From NCBI GenBank assembly GCA_041483195.1, contig JBGPFC010000061.1, positions 1 to 11,943 on the forward strand: a stretch of 11,943 nt of DNA, written 5' to 3'. The notes below the pieces were generated by a model. The model was not told the origin of the DNA. It searched no databases and saw nothing but the letters and a program-made list of their open reading frames with translations. Every line of letters begins with the position of its first letter. The first letter of the stretch is position 1. The position numbers were made by a program, and so were the translations under genes. The DNA comes from Candidatus Eiseniibacteriota bacterium (GTDB lineage Bacteria > Eisenbacteria > RBG-16-71-46). Of this stretch, positions 1 to 7,411 are shown piece by piece.

Positions 1-1
1 A

Positions 2-139
2 GCACTTCTCAAAGCACTGCGCGAGGAAGGTTGCAATGTGCTCGAGAAGACCGACGACTCGGAGTACGGGAAATTCGGATGGGTCATGGATCCAGAGGGC
101 AACAAGGTTGAACTCTGGCAACCGCCACCAGGGCAATGA
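2..139 (+). CDS. VOC (glyoxalase/bleomycin resistance/dioxygenase) family protein, C-terminal part; truncated by the window edge
   Basis: Frame 2 reads ALLKALREEGCNVLEKTDDSEYGKFGWVMDPEGNKVELWQPPPGQ* (TGA 137-139). The YG-x-F-x(4)-DPEGN-x-VELW ending is the typical VOC-family C-terminus. Not in the ORF track. Confidence 0.9.
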   Translation, partial: ALLKALREEGCNVLEKTDDSEYGKFGWVMDPEGNKVELWQPPPGQ

Positions 140-312
140 AGTTCGGTTACTCGCGAGGATGACCGACGGCCGCTGCATCAGTAAGCTCACGATGCGAGTG
201 TCTCAAAGTCGTTGACAGGTTCCGCGGCCCGGTTGTGGGCTCGGCCGCGAGCGCGCACGCGAGGCGGCATCACGCCGGGGCGGACGGCATCACGGGTCGC
301 ATCTCCATGAGG

Positions 313-318
313 TAGATT
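313..318 (+). promoter_or_regulatory. Possible -10 element (TAGATT) for a leaderless transcript of the kinase fragment
   Basis: TAnnnT hexamer 6 nt upstream of ATG 325; no convincing -35. Confidence 0.3.
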
Positions 319-324
319 GGACCG

Positions 325-480
325 ATGCCGCTGACTCCCGCGACCCGTCTGGGCCTCTACGAGATCATTGCGCCGATCGGCGCGGGAGGGATGGGCGAGG
401 TCTATCGCGCCAGGGACCCGCGCCTCGGCCGCGACGTCGCCGTGAAGGTGACGCTGCCGGCGGCCAGCGCGGCGCAGTGA
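325..480 (+). pseudogene. Truncated Hanks-type Ser/Thr protein kinase (N-lobe fragment, 51 aa)
   Basis: ATG 325 to TGA 478-480 gives [51 protein letters not shown]. It has the Gly-rich loop GAGGMGEV (subdomain I) and the VAVK lysine (subdomain II). No HRD or DFG motif appears before the next gene. Confidence 0.85.
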
Positions 481-573
481 ACATCCCCGCCAGAACATGT
501 CCCAGCGGGGCGCTCCTCGGACGCGAGTCCGGCCTCTCGAAATAGCCTTGGGTATTGCGAGCCCGCAACGATC

Positions 574-1551
574 ATGAAGGCCATTGTCTGTCACGGTTAC
601 GGCGCTCCGGAGGCGCTTCGGCTCGACGATGTCGAGAAGCCGACTCCGGGGGACAGCGAGGTCCTGATCCAGGTCCGGGCGGCCTCATTGAACGCCTATG
701 ATTGGGGTCTCATGCGGGGCCGGCCTCCGATCCTTCGATTGATACTTGGCCTGCGCAGGCCCAGGGCAAACCGACCCGGTCGCGACGTGGCCGGACGAAT
801 CGAGTTCGTGGGCCGGAGGGTGACCGCGTTCAAACCCGGCGACGACGTCTTTGGGCTATGCCGCGGATCCCTGGCCGAGTATGCGTGTGCCTCAGAATCG
901 GCCCTGGCTGCGAAGCCCGCGAACGTCTCGTTCGAGGAGGCGGCCGCCCTTCCCCTCGCAGGGCTCACCGCCCTGCAGGGCCTCCGCGCCGGGCGGATCC
1001 AGGCCGGACAGCGGGTCCTGATCAACGGCGCGGCGGGAGGCGTCGGAACGTTCGCGGTGCAGATCGCCAAGGCGTTCGGCGCCGACGTGACCGGCGCGTG
1101 CAGCAGCAGGAACGTGGAGAGGGTCGGTTCCATCGGTGCCGACCGCGTGGTGGATTACACACGCGAGGACTTCACGCGGAGCGGGCAACGCTACGACCTG
1201 ATCTTCGACCTGGTGACGAATCATTCGTTTTCCGCATGCCGCCGCGTGCTGAGTCCCGGGGGAGTAATGGTCGCGGCGGGTGTCGGAGGAGCCGACGGTC
1301 GCGGGTTTGGCCGCCGGCTGGGCCGCATGTTGACCGGCGTGCTGATCTCACGGTTCGCAAGTCAGACGATGGTCTTCTTCGTGGCGCGGCTGAAGCAAGC
1401 AGATCTGGTCACGCTGGGCGGACTCCTCGAGTCGCGGAAGGTGACGCCGGTCATCGACAGCCGCCATCGCTTGAGCGAGACATCCGAAGCGTTCCGATGT
1501 CTCGCCGGGGGACATGCTCGTGGAAAGATCGTCGTGACGGTGGCCCCGTAG
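574..1551 (+). CDS. NAD(P)-dependent oxidoreductase, zinc-independent MDR superfamily (quinone oxidoreductase / zeta-crystallin-like)
   Basis: 325 aa: MKAIV...YGAPEAL start, VRAASLN, PGRDVAG, FKPGDDVFG, SFEEAAALPLAGLTALQGL, nucleotide-binding GAAGGVG, C-terminal GHARGKIVV. No four-Cys structural zinc lobe. Confidence 0.93.
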   Translation: MKAIVCHGYGAPEALRLDDVEKPTPGDSEVLIQVRAASLNAYDWGLMRGRPPILRLILGLRRPRANRPGRDVAGRIEFVGRRVTAFKPGDDVFGLCRGSLAEYACASESALAAKPANVSFEEAAALPLAGLTALQGLRAGRIQAGQRVLINGAAGGVGTFAVQIAKAFGADVTGACSSRNVERVGSIGADRVVDYTREDFTRSGQRYDLIFDLVTNHSFSACRRVLSPGGVMVAAGVGGADGRGFGRRLGRMLTGVLISRFASQTMVFFVARLKQADLVTLGGLLESRKVTPVIDSRHRLSETSEAFRCLAGGHARGKIVVTVAP

Positions 1552-1559
1552 CTCAGACG

Positions 1560-1585
1560 AACAAACCAGCGGCTTCCTGAACCGC
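1560..1585 (-). terminator. Possible weak intrinsic terminator of the symporter-TBDR operon
   Basis: Minus strand GCGGTT-CAGGA-AGCCGC (6-bp stem with one G-U, 1585..1569) followed by TGGTTTGTT, 8 nt after the receptor stop codon. Confidence 0.35.
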
Positions 1586-1593
1586 CCTTCCGC

Positions 1594-3903
1594 TCACAAC
1601 CCCACCCGCACCTCCACCAGCACGTTTCGCGTCGCGGCCGGCACGTAGAGCGGCACGTAGTTGCCCGCGTCGTCGTAGTCGAAGTAGCCGCCGGTTTCAT
1701 ACTTCTTGTCGAGCGCGTTGAACACCCGCACCACGAGCGTCGCATCCGACGTGCCCGCGAACGGCAGGCGATAGCCGCCGCTCAAGTTCAGCACCATGTG
1801 CGGCGCGATGCTGGCGGCGGGGTCTTCGTTCGCGTCGAGGTAGATGCGTCCCACCTGCTGCGCCTGCGCGCCGAGCTGCGCACCCTTCCACGTGAGGCGC
1901 GCGCCGACGTTCGCGAGCACCGCCGGGAAGAACCCGAGCGCCTTGCCGTCGTGGCTGAGCACGGTGGTCGCGTCGATCGCCTCCTTGAAATCCACGAAGT
2001 GGTTGTCGCTGAGCGTGGTGTTCGCATCGAGCGCGAGCGCGAGATCGCGCCGCGGCTTCGCCTCCGCGCCGAGCGCCAGCTCCACGCCCTGGTGCACCGA
2101 GCGCGCGGCGTTCGCGGTGACCCAGTTCGCGAGGTCGGAGTTGAACTGGTAGTCCACCAGCTCGTCGCGGAAGTCCATGCGGAACAGGTTGACGCTCGCG
2201 GTCACGCCGCGCGTGCCATAGCTCCCGCCCAGCTCGTAGTCGTTCACCTTCTCGGGGCGCACGTAGGGGTCGGAGTAGGCGCCGCTCGCGGGGTCGTAAT
2301 GTCGATAGAGCGGCACGCTGCCGGCCTGCTCCGCGCTGAACAGATCGAGGAAGCGCGGCTCGCGCTGGGAGTAGGCCCACGAGGCGAACACGCTCGCGTG
2401 CTCGCGCGGCCGCCACGTGAAGCCGGCGCGCGGCAGCGCGAAGTCGTAGCGCTGAACGAACGAGAGCCCGCCGAAGCGATCGTCGCGCAGCGCGTAGCGC
2501 TGATGCCGCCACGCGAGGTCGCCCGTGAGCGTGAGCGTCGCGCTTGGCCGCCACTCCTCGCGCGCGAAGACTCCGCCCGACAGCGTGCGCGGATGGTAGT
2601 CGTAGTAGCGCGCGATGCTGGGCGTGCCGGGAGGGAGGCCGTTGCCGCTCAGGACCTCGCCCCAGTGATGCCCGTCGTGCGCGCGCAGCTCGCCGCCCAC
2701 GATCAGCTCGCCGTTCGCGTGCGCGATGCGCAGCCGCGGCACCCAGCCGTAGTGCTGGTTCGCGACGGTGCGCCGCCGCACGATGTCGCTCGCGACGCCG
2801 CGAAACCTGCCGCCGACTTGGACCAGGCTGCCGTCGGGATTCTGCAGGTAGTAGGTGCGCGGCAGCCGCGTCGAGTCGGGTGTGAAGAGCGTGTCGAGGC
2901 CGTAGTTCGACAGCGCCTCGCCATTGCGTCCCTCGTCGTAGTAGCCGCGGCCGTCGAACCAGAACAGCGTCTGCGTGAACGTCAGCCCGCCGCGCGGCGC
3001 CCACGAATGCAGCAGCTCGTAGTGCGGTTCGAAGAAATGATCGGCCTCGCCCGGGTAGCCGAGCGGGTTGATGCGTCGGTCCGCGCCGGCGTTTCCGGTG
3101 ATCCCGCCATCGAGCGTCGCACGCGGCACGCCCTTGTACGCGAGGTGCGTCTCCTCGGGGCCGCCGAACAGATTGAGGCGCAGCAGGTGATCGCCGGCGA
3201 TGTGACGCGTGGAGAAGTAGTACGACCACACATGCGTCCACGACTGGTCGCGATAGCCGTCGGTGTCCACGCGCGAGTAGCGCGCGTAGGAGTTCCAGTC
3301 GCCGGGGAGGAGGCCGGAGTTCATCTCGACCATCGTGCGCCGGGTGCCGAACGAGCCGTACGAGAGGCTCGCGGTGGTGCGACGCTGCTCGGTGAATGGC
3401 GAGGTCTCGAGGTTCACGGCGCCGCCCACCGACGCCGCGCCGTAGAGCGCGGAGCCCACGCCGCGCTGCACCTGCGCCTCGCCGGTCGAGGCGAGCAGAT
3501 CGGGATGATCGATCCAGTACACCTCGTGCGACTCCGGGTCGTTGAGCGGCACGCCGTCGATCAGCACGCTGATGCGCCGCTGCGGAAACCCACGAATCGA
3601 GAGATACGAGTAGCCGATGCCGTTCCCGGCGTCGGAGTACGCGTAGGCGCCGGGGAGCGCGGCGAGCGCCATCGGCGTGTCCTGCCCCCAGTTCAGTTGC
3701 TGGATCTGGTCGCGGAGCAGCACCGACTTCGCGACCGGCGTGCGCTCGCTCGCGCGCGAGGTGCTCACCACCACCTCGGGGAGCCGGACGATGGTGCGAA
3801 GCGTGTCCTCGAGCGCCGGAGCCTGCACCGCGCGCGCGGACGCGGCGGGGGCGGGCGCGGCGATCGCGCCGGCGATCAGCAACAGCACAAGCATGCGTCT
3901 CAT
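1594..3903 (-). CDS. TonB-dependent outer-membrane receptor, probably thiamine-specific (Omr1/OMthi-like), 769 aa
   Basis: Start reassigned from 4236 to ATG 3903: GGAGG at 3915..3911, ATGA overlap with the symporter stop, signal peptide MRRMLVLLLIAGAIAAPAPAASARA. TonB-box-like LPEVVVSTSR, plug motifs SIRGF, VLIDGVPLNDPESHEVYW and RGVGSALYGAASVGGAVN, barrel motifs RPEKVNDYELG and VFNALDKKY. Substrate is inferred from the upstream TPP riboswitch. Confidence 0.93.
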   Translation of the reverse strand: MRRMLVLLLIAGAIAAPAPAASARAVQAPALEDTLRTIVRLPEVVVSTSRASERTPVAKSVLLRDQIQQLNWGQDTPMALAALPGAYAYSDAGNGIGYSYLSIRGFPQRRISVLIDGVPLNDPESHEVYWIDHPDLLASTGEAQVQRGVGSALYGAASVGGAVNLETSPFTEQRRTTASLSYGSFGTRRTMVEMNSGLLPGDWNSYARYSRVDTDGYRDQSWTHVWSYYFSTRHIAGDHLLRLNLFGGPEETHLAYKGVPRATLDGGITGNAGADRRINPLGYPGEADHFFEPHYELLHSWAPRGGLTFTQTLFWFDGRGYYDEGRNGEALSNYGLDTLFTPDSTRLPRTYYLQNPDGSLVQVGGRFRGVASDIVRRRTVANQHYGWVPRLRIAHANGELIVGGELRAHDGHHWGEVLSGNGLPPGTPSIARYYDYHPRTLSGGVFAREEWRPSATLTLTGDLAWRHQRYALRDDRFGGLSFVQRYDFALPRAGFTWRPREHASVFASWAYSQREPRFLDLFSAEQAGSVPLYRHYDPASGAYSDPYVRPEKVNDYELGGSYGTRGVTASVNLFRMDFRDELVDYQFNSDLANWVTANAARSVHQGVELALGAEAKPRRDLALALDANTTLSDNHFVDFKEAIDATTVLSHDGKALGFFPAVLANVGARLTWKGAQLGAQAQQVGRIYLDANEDPAASIAPHMVLNLSGGYRLPFAGTSDATLVVRVFNALDKKYETGGYFDYDDAGNYVPLYVPAATRNVLVEVRVGL

Positions 3904-5306
3904 CTCGTTGCCTCCGATTTCTTCACCGCCCGGCCCGCCGCGTAAACGATCAGCGATGCTGCGAGCCCGGCGTAGATGGGTTCGAGCGACCATGGGTAAC
4001 CGCCCGGAGTCCCAGGCGGCGGGAAGTTCTTCACGCCGATCCACACCAGCGACACCGTGAACGGCACGATCATGGTGGCGAGCGTCCAGCGCGCGCCGAG
4101 CCGGCCGCGGCCGATCAATGCGGTCGCGACCGGGATCAGCAGCGCGGGCGTGGTGATCGAGCCGAGGTCGTGCCACAGATCCACGACGCTCTGCTTCATC
4201 ACCGCCAGCACGGTGGCGAACGCCGCCGCCGCCCACAGGCCGAGCTTGGTGTAGCCCGGCACGCGCGCCTCGCTCGCCTCGCGCTTCAGCCGCCAGATCA
4301 CGTCGCGTCCGATGGTGGCGGCGGCGATGAAGCCGTAGGAATCGATGGTGCTCATCACCGTCGCGATCATGGCGAGGTAGAAGAGGCCGAGCGCGCCGGC
4401 CGGCAGCGTCACCGCGGCCAGCTCGGGAAACGCGAACACCGGCTCACGCATCGCGGGCAGCACCGCGCGCGCGTACATGCCGGTGAAGGTGGTGAGGAAG
4501 TCGAACACGATCCAGCACCCGATCGAGATCAGCACGCCGCGCTGCGCCACCTGCGGATCGCGCGCGGCGTACGCGCGCTGCCAGAAGCCCGGGTCCACCA
4601 GCGTCGAGAGCGCGATGAAGTACCACACGAAGATGGCGGCGGGAGGATTGCCGCCGTGCCACACGAAGTGGGTGGCGGGCAGATGGGCCACGAGATACGG
4701 CAGCCCGCCGTGGCGCGCGACCAGGAAGCCGAGCATGACGAAGAAGCCGGCGTACATCAGCACGAACTGCACCTGGTCGGTGAGCACCACGGTGCGCAGG
4801 CCGCCATTGTGGATGTAGAACACCGAGAACAGCGCGGCGCCCACGACGCACGGCACCAGCGGCAGGTGGAACATCGCCGCGAACAGCGTGCCCAGCATGA
4901 GCACGTAGGCGGCGGGCGCCGAGCCGATGAACACCGCGAGCGCGCCCATCAGCGCGGGGCCGCGGCCGTAAGTGCGGTCGAGCAGGTCGGGAATCGTGTA
5001 GAGCGCGGCCTCGCGCGCGCGGCGCGCGAAGAATATCGCGAACAGCAGCGCGCCGATGTAGTAGGGAACGCCGAACACCAGCCAGTTCGCGAGCCCGTAG
5101 CGGTACGAGTACTCGCCGACGCCGAGGATGCCGCCGTACCAGGTGGCGACCAGCGTCGCGACGAACGCCGGCAGCGTCACGCGACGCCCGGCGACCAGGT
5201 AGTCGAGCGTGGTCGAGCTGCGTCCCAGCCGCCGCAGCCACACGGCGCCGAGGAAGCCGAAGTAAAGAGCGATCAGCCCCCAGTCGAGCGGGCTCGAGCT
5301 GAACAT
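3900..5306 (-). CDS. Sodium:solute symporter (SSS/SLC5) family protein, probable thiamine or thiamine-precursor transporter (ThiV-like role), 468 aa
   Basis: Start reassigned to ATG 5306 because the longer ORF runs through the riboswitch terminator. About 13 hydrophobic segments. SSS motifs LDWGLIALY, DYLVAGRR, ATWYGG, YTIPDLL, GGLRTVVLTDQVQF, WQRAYAA and the Na2-site-like ATVMSTIDS. Confidence 0.93.
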   Translation of the reverse strand: MFSSSPLDWGLIALYFGFLGAVWLRRLGRSSTTLDYLVAGRRVTLPAFVATLVATWYGGILGVGEYSYRYGLANWLVFGVPYYIGALLFAIFFARRAREAALYTIPDLLDRTYGRGPALMGALAVFIGSAPAAYVLMLGTLFAAMFHLPLVPCVVGAALFSVFYIHNGGLRTVVLTDQVQFVLMYAGFFVMLGFLVARHGGLPYLVAHLPATHFVWHGGNPPAAIFVWYFIALSTLVDPGFWQRAYAARDPQVAQRGVLISIGCWIVFDFLTTFTGMYARAVLPAMREPVFAFPELAAVTLPAGALGLFYLAMIATVMSTIDSYGFIAAATIGRDVIWRLKREASEARVPGYTKLGLWAAAAFATVLAVMKQSVVDLWHDLGSITTPALLIPVATALIGRGRLGARWTLATMIVPFTVSLVWIGVKNFPPPGTPGGYPWSLEPIYAGLAASLIVYAAGRAVKKSEATR

Positions 5307-5380
5307 GTGCGATCCCGTGCGGGCGGGTCGCTTCGTTCGCGCCGCGCGCGGGCTCGGTGTAGCGAGCCGGGCGTTGCGCC

Positions 5381-5412
5381 AAACGAAAACGCCGTCCGCG
5401 CAGGGACGGCGT
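5381..5412 (-). terminator. Intrinsic terminator (attenuator) in the riboswitch expression platform
   Basis: Minus strand ACGCCGTCC-CTGCGC-GGACGGCGT (perfect 9-bp stem, 5412..5389) followed by TTTCGTTT, between the aptamer and the start codon. Confidence 0.8.
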
Positions 5413-5435
5413 GGCAACCGGAGAGCTCGCTTGTC

Positions 5436-5531
5436 TTGGCCGTTTCCCTACGCTGGTGTTAGCCAGTTCAGGTTCGAAGGGTGTGCTCTCAGGCCGGCGA
5501 TGTGCGATGCCGACCACCCCTAACGCCGCCC
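5436..5531 (-). promoter_or_regulatory. TPP (thiamine pyrophosphate) riboswitch, THI-box aptamer
   Basis: Minus strand CGTT-AGGGGTG-GTCGGC...GCCGGC-CTGAGA-GCACACCCTT-CGAACCTGAACTGGCTAACACCAGCGTAGGGA-AACG. The GGGG, CTGAGA (5492..5487), ACCC, GAACCTGA and AGCGTAGGGAA hallmarks and the P1-P5 pairings are all present. Confidence 0.96.
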
Positions 5532-5551
5532 GCGTCGCCGCGGACCCGCGC

Positions 5552-5580
5552 ACTATGCCGCCTGCGCCGCGCGCGCGCAA
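5552..5580 (-). promoter_or_regulatory. Putative sigma70-type promoter for the riboswitch leader
   Basis: TTGCGC (5580..5575), 17-nt spacer, CATAGT (5557..5552); predicted start about 20 nt before aptamer P1. Confidence 0.45.
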
Positions 5581-5595
5581 GCGGGTCGAATGGCC

Positions 5596-5625
5596 TTGGA
5601 CGGTCGCCGGGAAGAAGCCTAGGCT
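5596..5625 (+). promoter_or_regulatory. Putative sigma70-type promoter for the 5655 gene
   Basis: TTGGAC (5596-5601), 18-nt spacer, TAGGCT (5620-5625), followed by the RBS AAAGGAGA (5638-5645). Confidence 0.4.
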
Positions 5626-5654
5626 CGTAGGCTCGCGAAAGGAGACTCTCGTCC

Positions 5655-7403
5655 GTGAGCAGGCCGCAACGTTCAGGATCGGGCCGTGCGCCGAGGGGTG
5701 GAGCCGGACGAACGGCCGCGGGAAGACGCGTACGCACGCTGCCCGCCGCCGTGGGTCGTCCTCCATCCGCGCTCGCAGTCGCGCTCGGAGTGATTTGCCT
5801 GGTGATCGCGCTGGCGCCCGCCGGGTCCAACTACTTCTGGGCCGTGAACGGGCTGCGCTCACTCCCATGGCCGGCGGCATTGGGTCTGGCTCTCGCGAGC
5901 GCGATGGCCGCGGTCGCGGCGGTCGCCGGGCGCGGGGGACGCGTCCGGGCGGCGCTCACCGGGCTGGCGATCGCGATCGTCGTCGCGTTTCCGCTGCGCG
6001 AGCGCATCCACTTTCTCGGCGACACGCAGCTCAGGTTGCGCTCGATGACCGCCTTCGGCGCCGGCTCGGTGCTGAGCTCGTTCGGTGAATGGTCGAGCCG
6101 GCTCCACGCCAATCCGCTCGACATCGCGGTCAACCTCATGGTCCCGGAGGCGGCGGACCGCGCCGGCTGGCCGCTCCGCGATGGGGTCTCGGCCGTCTGC
6201 GTCGCGCTCGCGTTGCTCTACTTCGCCGGCCTGTGGCGTATCACCGCGCGGCTCGGCGCAGCTGCCGAGCTGCGACTCCCGATCGCCCTCGCGCTCGCGC
6301 TCACCGGGGTGCTCGAGGCATTCGCGGGCTTCGCCGAATCCGCGGGACTGCTGGCGGTCGCGACCGTGTGGTGGTGGGCCGAGATCTCGGCGCCGGTCTC
6401 GAGCCGGCGCGCGGTGCTCCGCATCTCCGCAGCCTGGCTGGTCGTGCTCGCGAGCCATCGCATGGGGGTGGTGCTCCTGCTGCCCCAGCTCTGGCGCGCG
6501 CTCGGCCCCGAGTGGGAGGGCGACGACCCCGCCTCACGCCGCCTCCTGCTCGGCGTGACGCTGGGCGTCGCGCTGGTTGGCGCGGCGTTCCTGGTGCTGA
6601 CGCCCGCGGGCCGGCAGCTCGGCCTCGATGTGCGCGATCTGCTCTCGACGCTCCGCACCCAGGACTTCCGCAAGGCCGCGCCATCGGACTGGATCAACAC
6701 GCTGGTGCTCGTCGCCCCGCTCGCGCTGCTCGCCCCGATCGTCGTGGGCCGCGAGGGGCTCTCGCGTTTTCTCCGCCGCCCGTTCTTCGGTCTCGCGATG
6801 ACGCTCGCCGTGCCGCTCCTGCTCGCTCTGGTGCTGGTCTTTCCCGTCGGCGGCCGCGGGCTCGGCGCCCAGCGCGACTGGGATGCGAACGTCATCCTGG
6901 GGCTCACGCTCACCATCGCGGCCGGCGCCCTGATCGCGGGTCTTCCCGCCGCCGCCCTGCGGACGCGACTCGCGTGGACGCTGCCCGTGCTCGCGCTCCT
7001 GTCGCTGGGCTTCGTGGCGGTTCAGGCGAACGAGCCGGCGGCCGAGCGCCGGGCGCTCGCCGTCGCCGCGCAACCCCCCGGCCTGCCCGACCTCCAGCGC
7101 AGCCACGCCTACCTCTATCTCGGGCAGCGGGCCATGGACCACGGCGAGGCCACGACCGGCGCCCGATACTTCGATCGCGCCTTCGAGCTCAACGCGAATC
7201 CCCGCCGCGCGCTGATGGCGGCCGATGCCTGGATGATGAGCGGCGACCTCGCGGCCGCGCGCCGCTCGCTCGAGCGCGCGCGCGCCAGGGGTCCGCTCGA
7301 GCCCGGGCTGGAGGACGCGGCGCGGCGCATCGAGCTGCTCATCGATGAAGCGTCGGCGGAGAAGGCGGGCGGTCCGGGCGATTCGGTGAGCGTGAAGCGC
7401 TGA
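5655..7403 (+). CDS. Polytopic inner-membrane protein with C-terminal TPR-like helical domain; possible divergent GT-C glycosyltransferase
   Basis: GTG start with a strong RBS. About 12-14 hydrophobic segments, acidic loop motifs RERIHFLGD and QRDWDAN, and a TPR-like tail AYLYLGQRAMDHGEATTGARYFDRAFELN...GDLAAARRSLERARA. The gene is confident; the function is inferred. Confidence 0.75.
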   Translation: MSRPQRSGSGRAPRGGAGRTAAGRRVRTLPAAVGRPPSALAVALGVICLVIALAPAGSNYFWAVNGLRSLPWPAALGLALASAMAAVAAVAGRGGRVRAALTGLAIAIVVAFPLRERIHFLGDTQLRLRSMTAFGAGSVLSSFGEWSSRLHANPLDIAVNLMVPEAADRAGWPLRDGVSAVCVALALLYFAGLWRITARLGAAAELRLPIALALALTGVLEAFAGFAESAGLLAVATVWWWAEISAPVSSRRAVLRISAAWLVVLASHRMGVVLLLPQLWRALGPEWEGDDPASRRLLLGVTLGVALVGAAFLVLTPAGRQLGLDVRDLLSTLRTQDFRKAAPSDWINTLVLVAPLALLAPIVVGREGLSRFLRRPFFGLAMTLAVPLLLALVLVFPVGGRGLGAQRDWDANVILGLTLTIAAGALIAGLPAAALRTRLAWTLPVLALLSLGFVAVQANEPAAERRALAVAAQPPGLPDLQRSHAYLYLGQRAMDHGEATTGARYFDRAFELNANPRRALMAADAWMMSGDLAAARRSLERARARGPLEPGLEDAARRIELLIDEASAEKAGGPGDSVSVKR

Positions 7404-7411
7404 GATCCGGC

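Noticed and set aside
212..240. Perfect -35 hexamer TTGACA at 212-217
   Set aside because: No -10-like hexamer 16-18 nt downstream (the region reads TTGTGGGC).
140..260. Integron attC site after the low-GC VOC gene
   Set aside because: No RYYYAAC...GTTRRRY pair with an internal palindrome. GTTGACA at 211-217 does not fit GTTRRRY.
325..1551. UGA read-through or selenocysteine fusion of the kinase stub to the MDR gene (same frame, single TGA at 478-480, small hairpin 485-510)
   Set aside because: In-frame placement has a one-in-three chance, and 31 stop-free codons are common at this GC. The linker is not protein-like, the hairpin does not resemble a bacterial SECIS, and the MDR gene has its own normal N-terminus.
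1697..3945. Long alternative ORFs over the TBDR (1798..3945 +, 715 aa; 1697..3241 -, 514 aa)
   Set aside because: Antisense or off-frame shadows typical of high-GC coding DNA; Arg/Ala-rich with no recognisable motifs.
3904..4236. 111-aa N-terminal extension of the TBDR in the ORF track
   Set aside because: It overlaps the symporter in another frame. The RBS, ATGA coupling and signal peptide all point to 3903.
5307..5417. N-terminal extension of the symporter, or a leader peptide
   Set aside because: It runs across the riboswitch terminator and is low-complexity. SSS-like sequence begins at ATG 5306.
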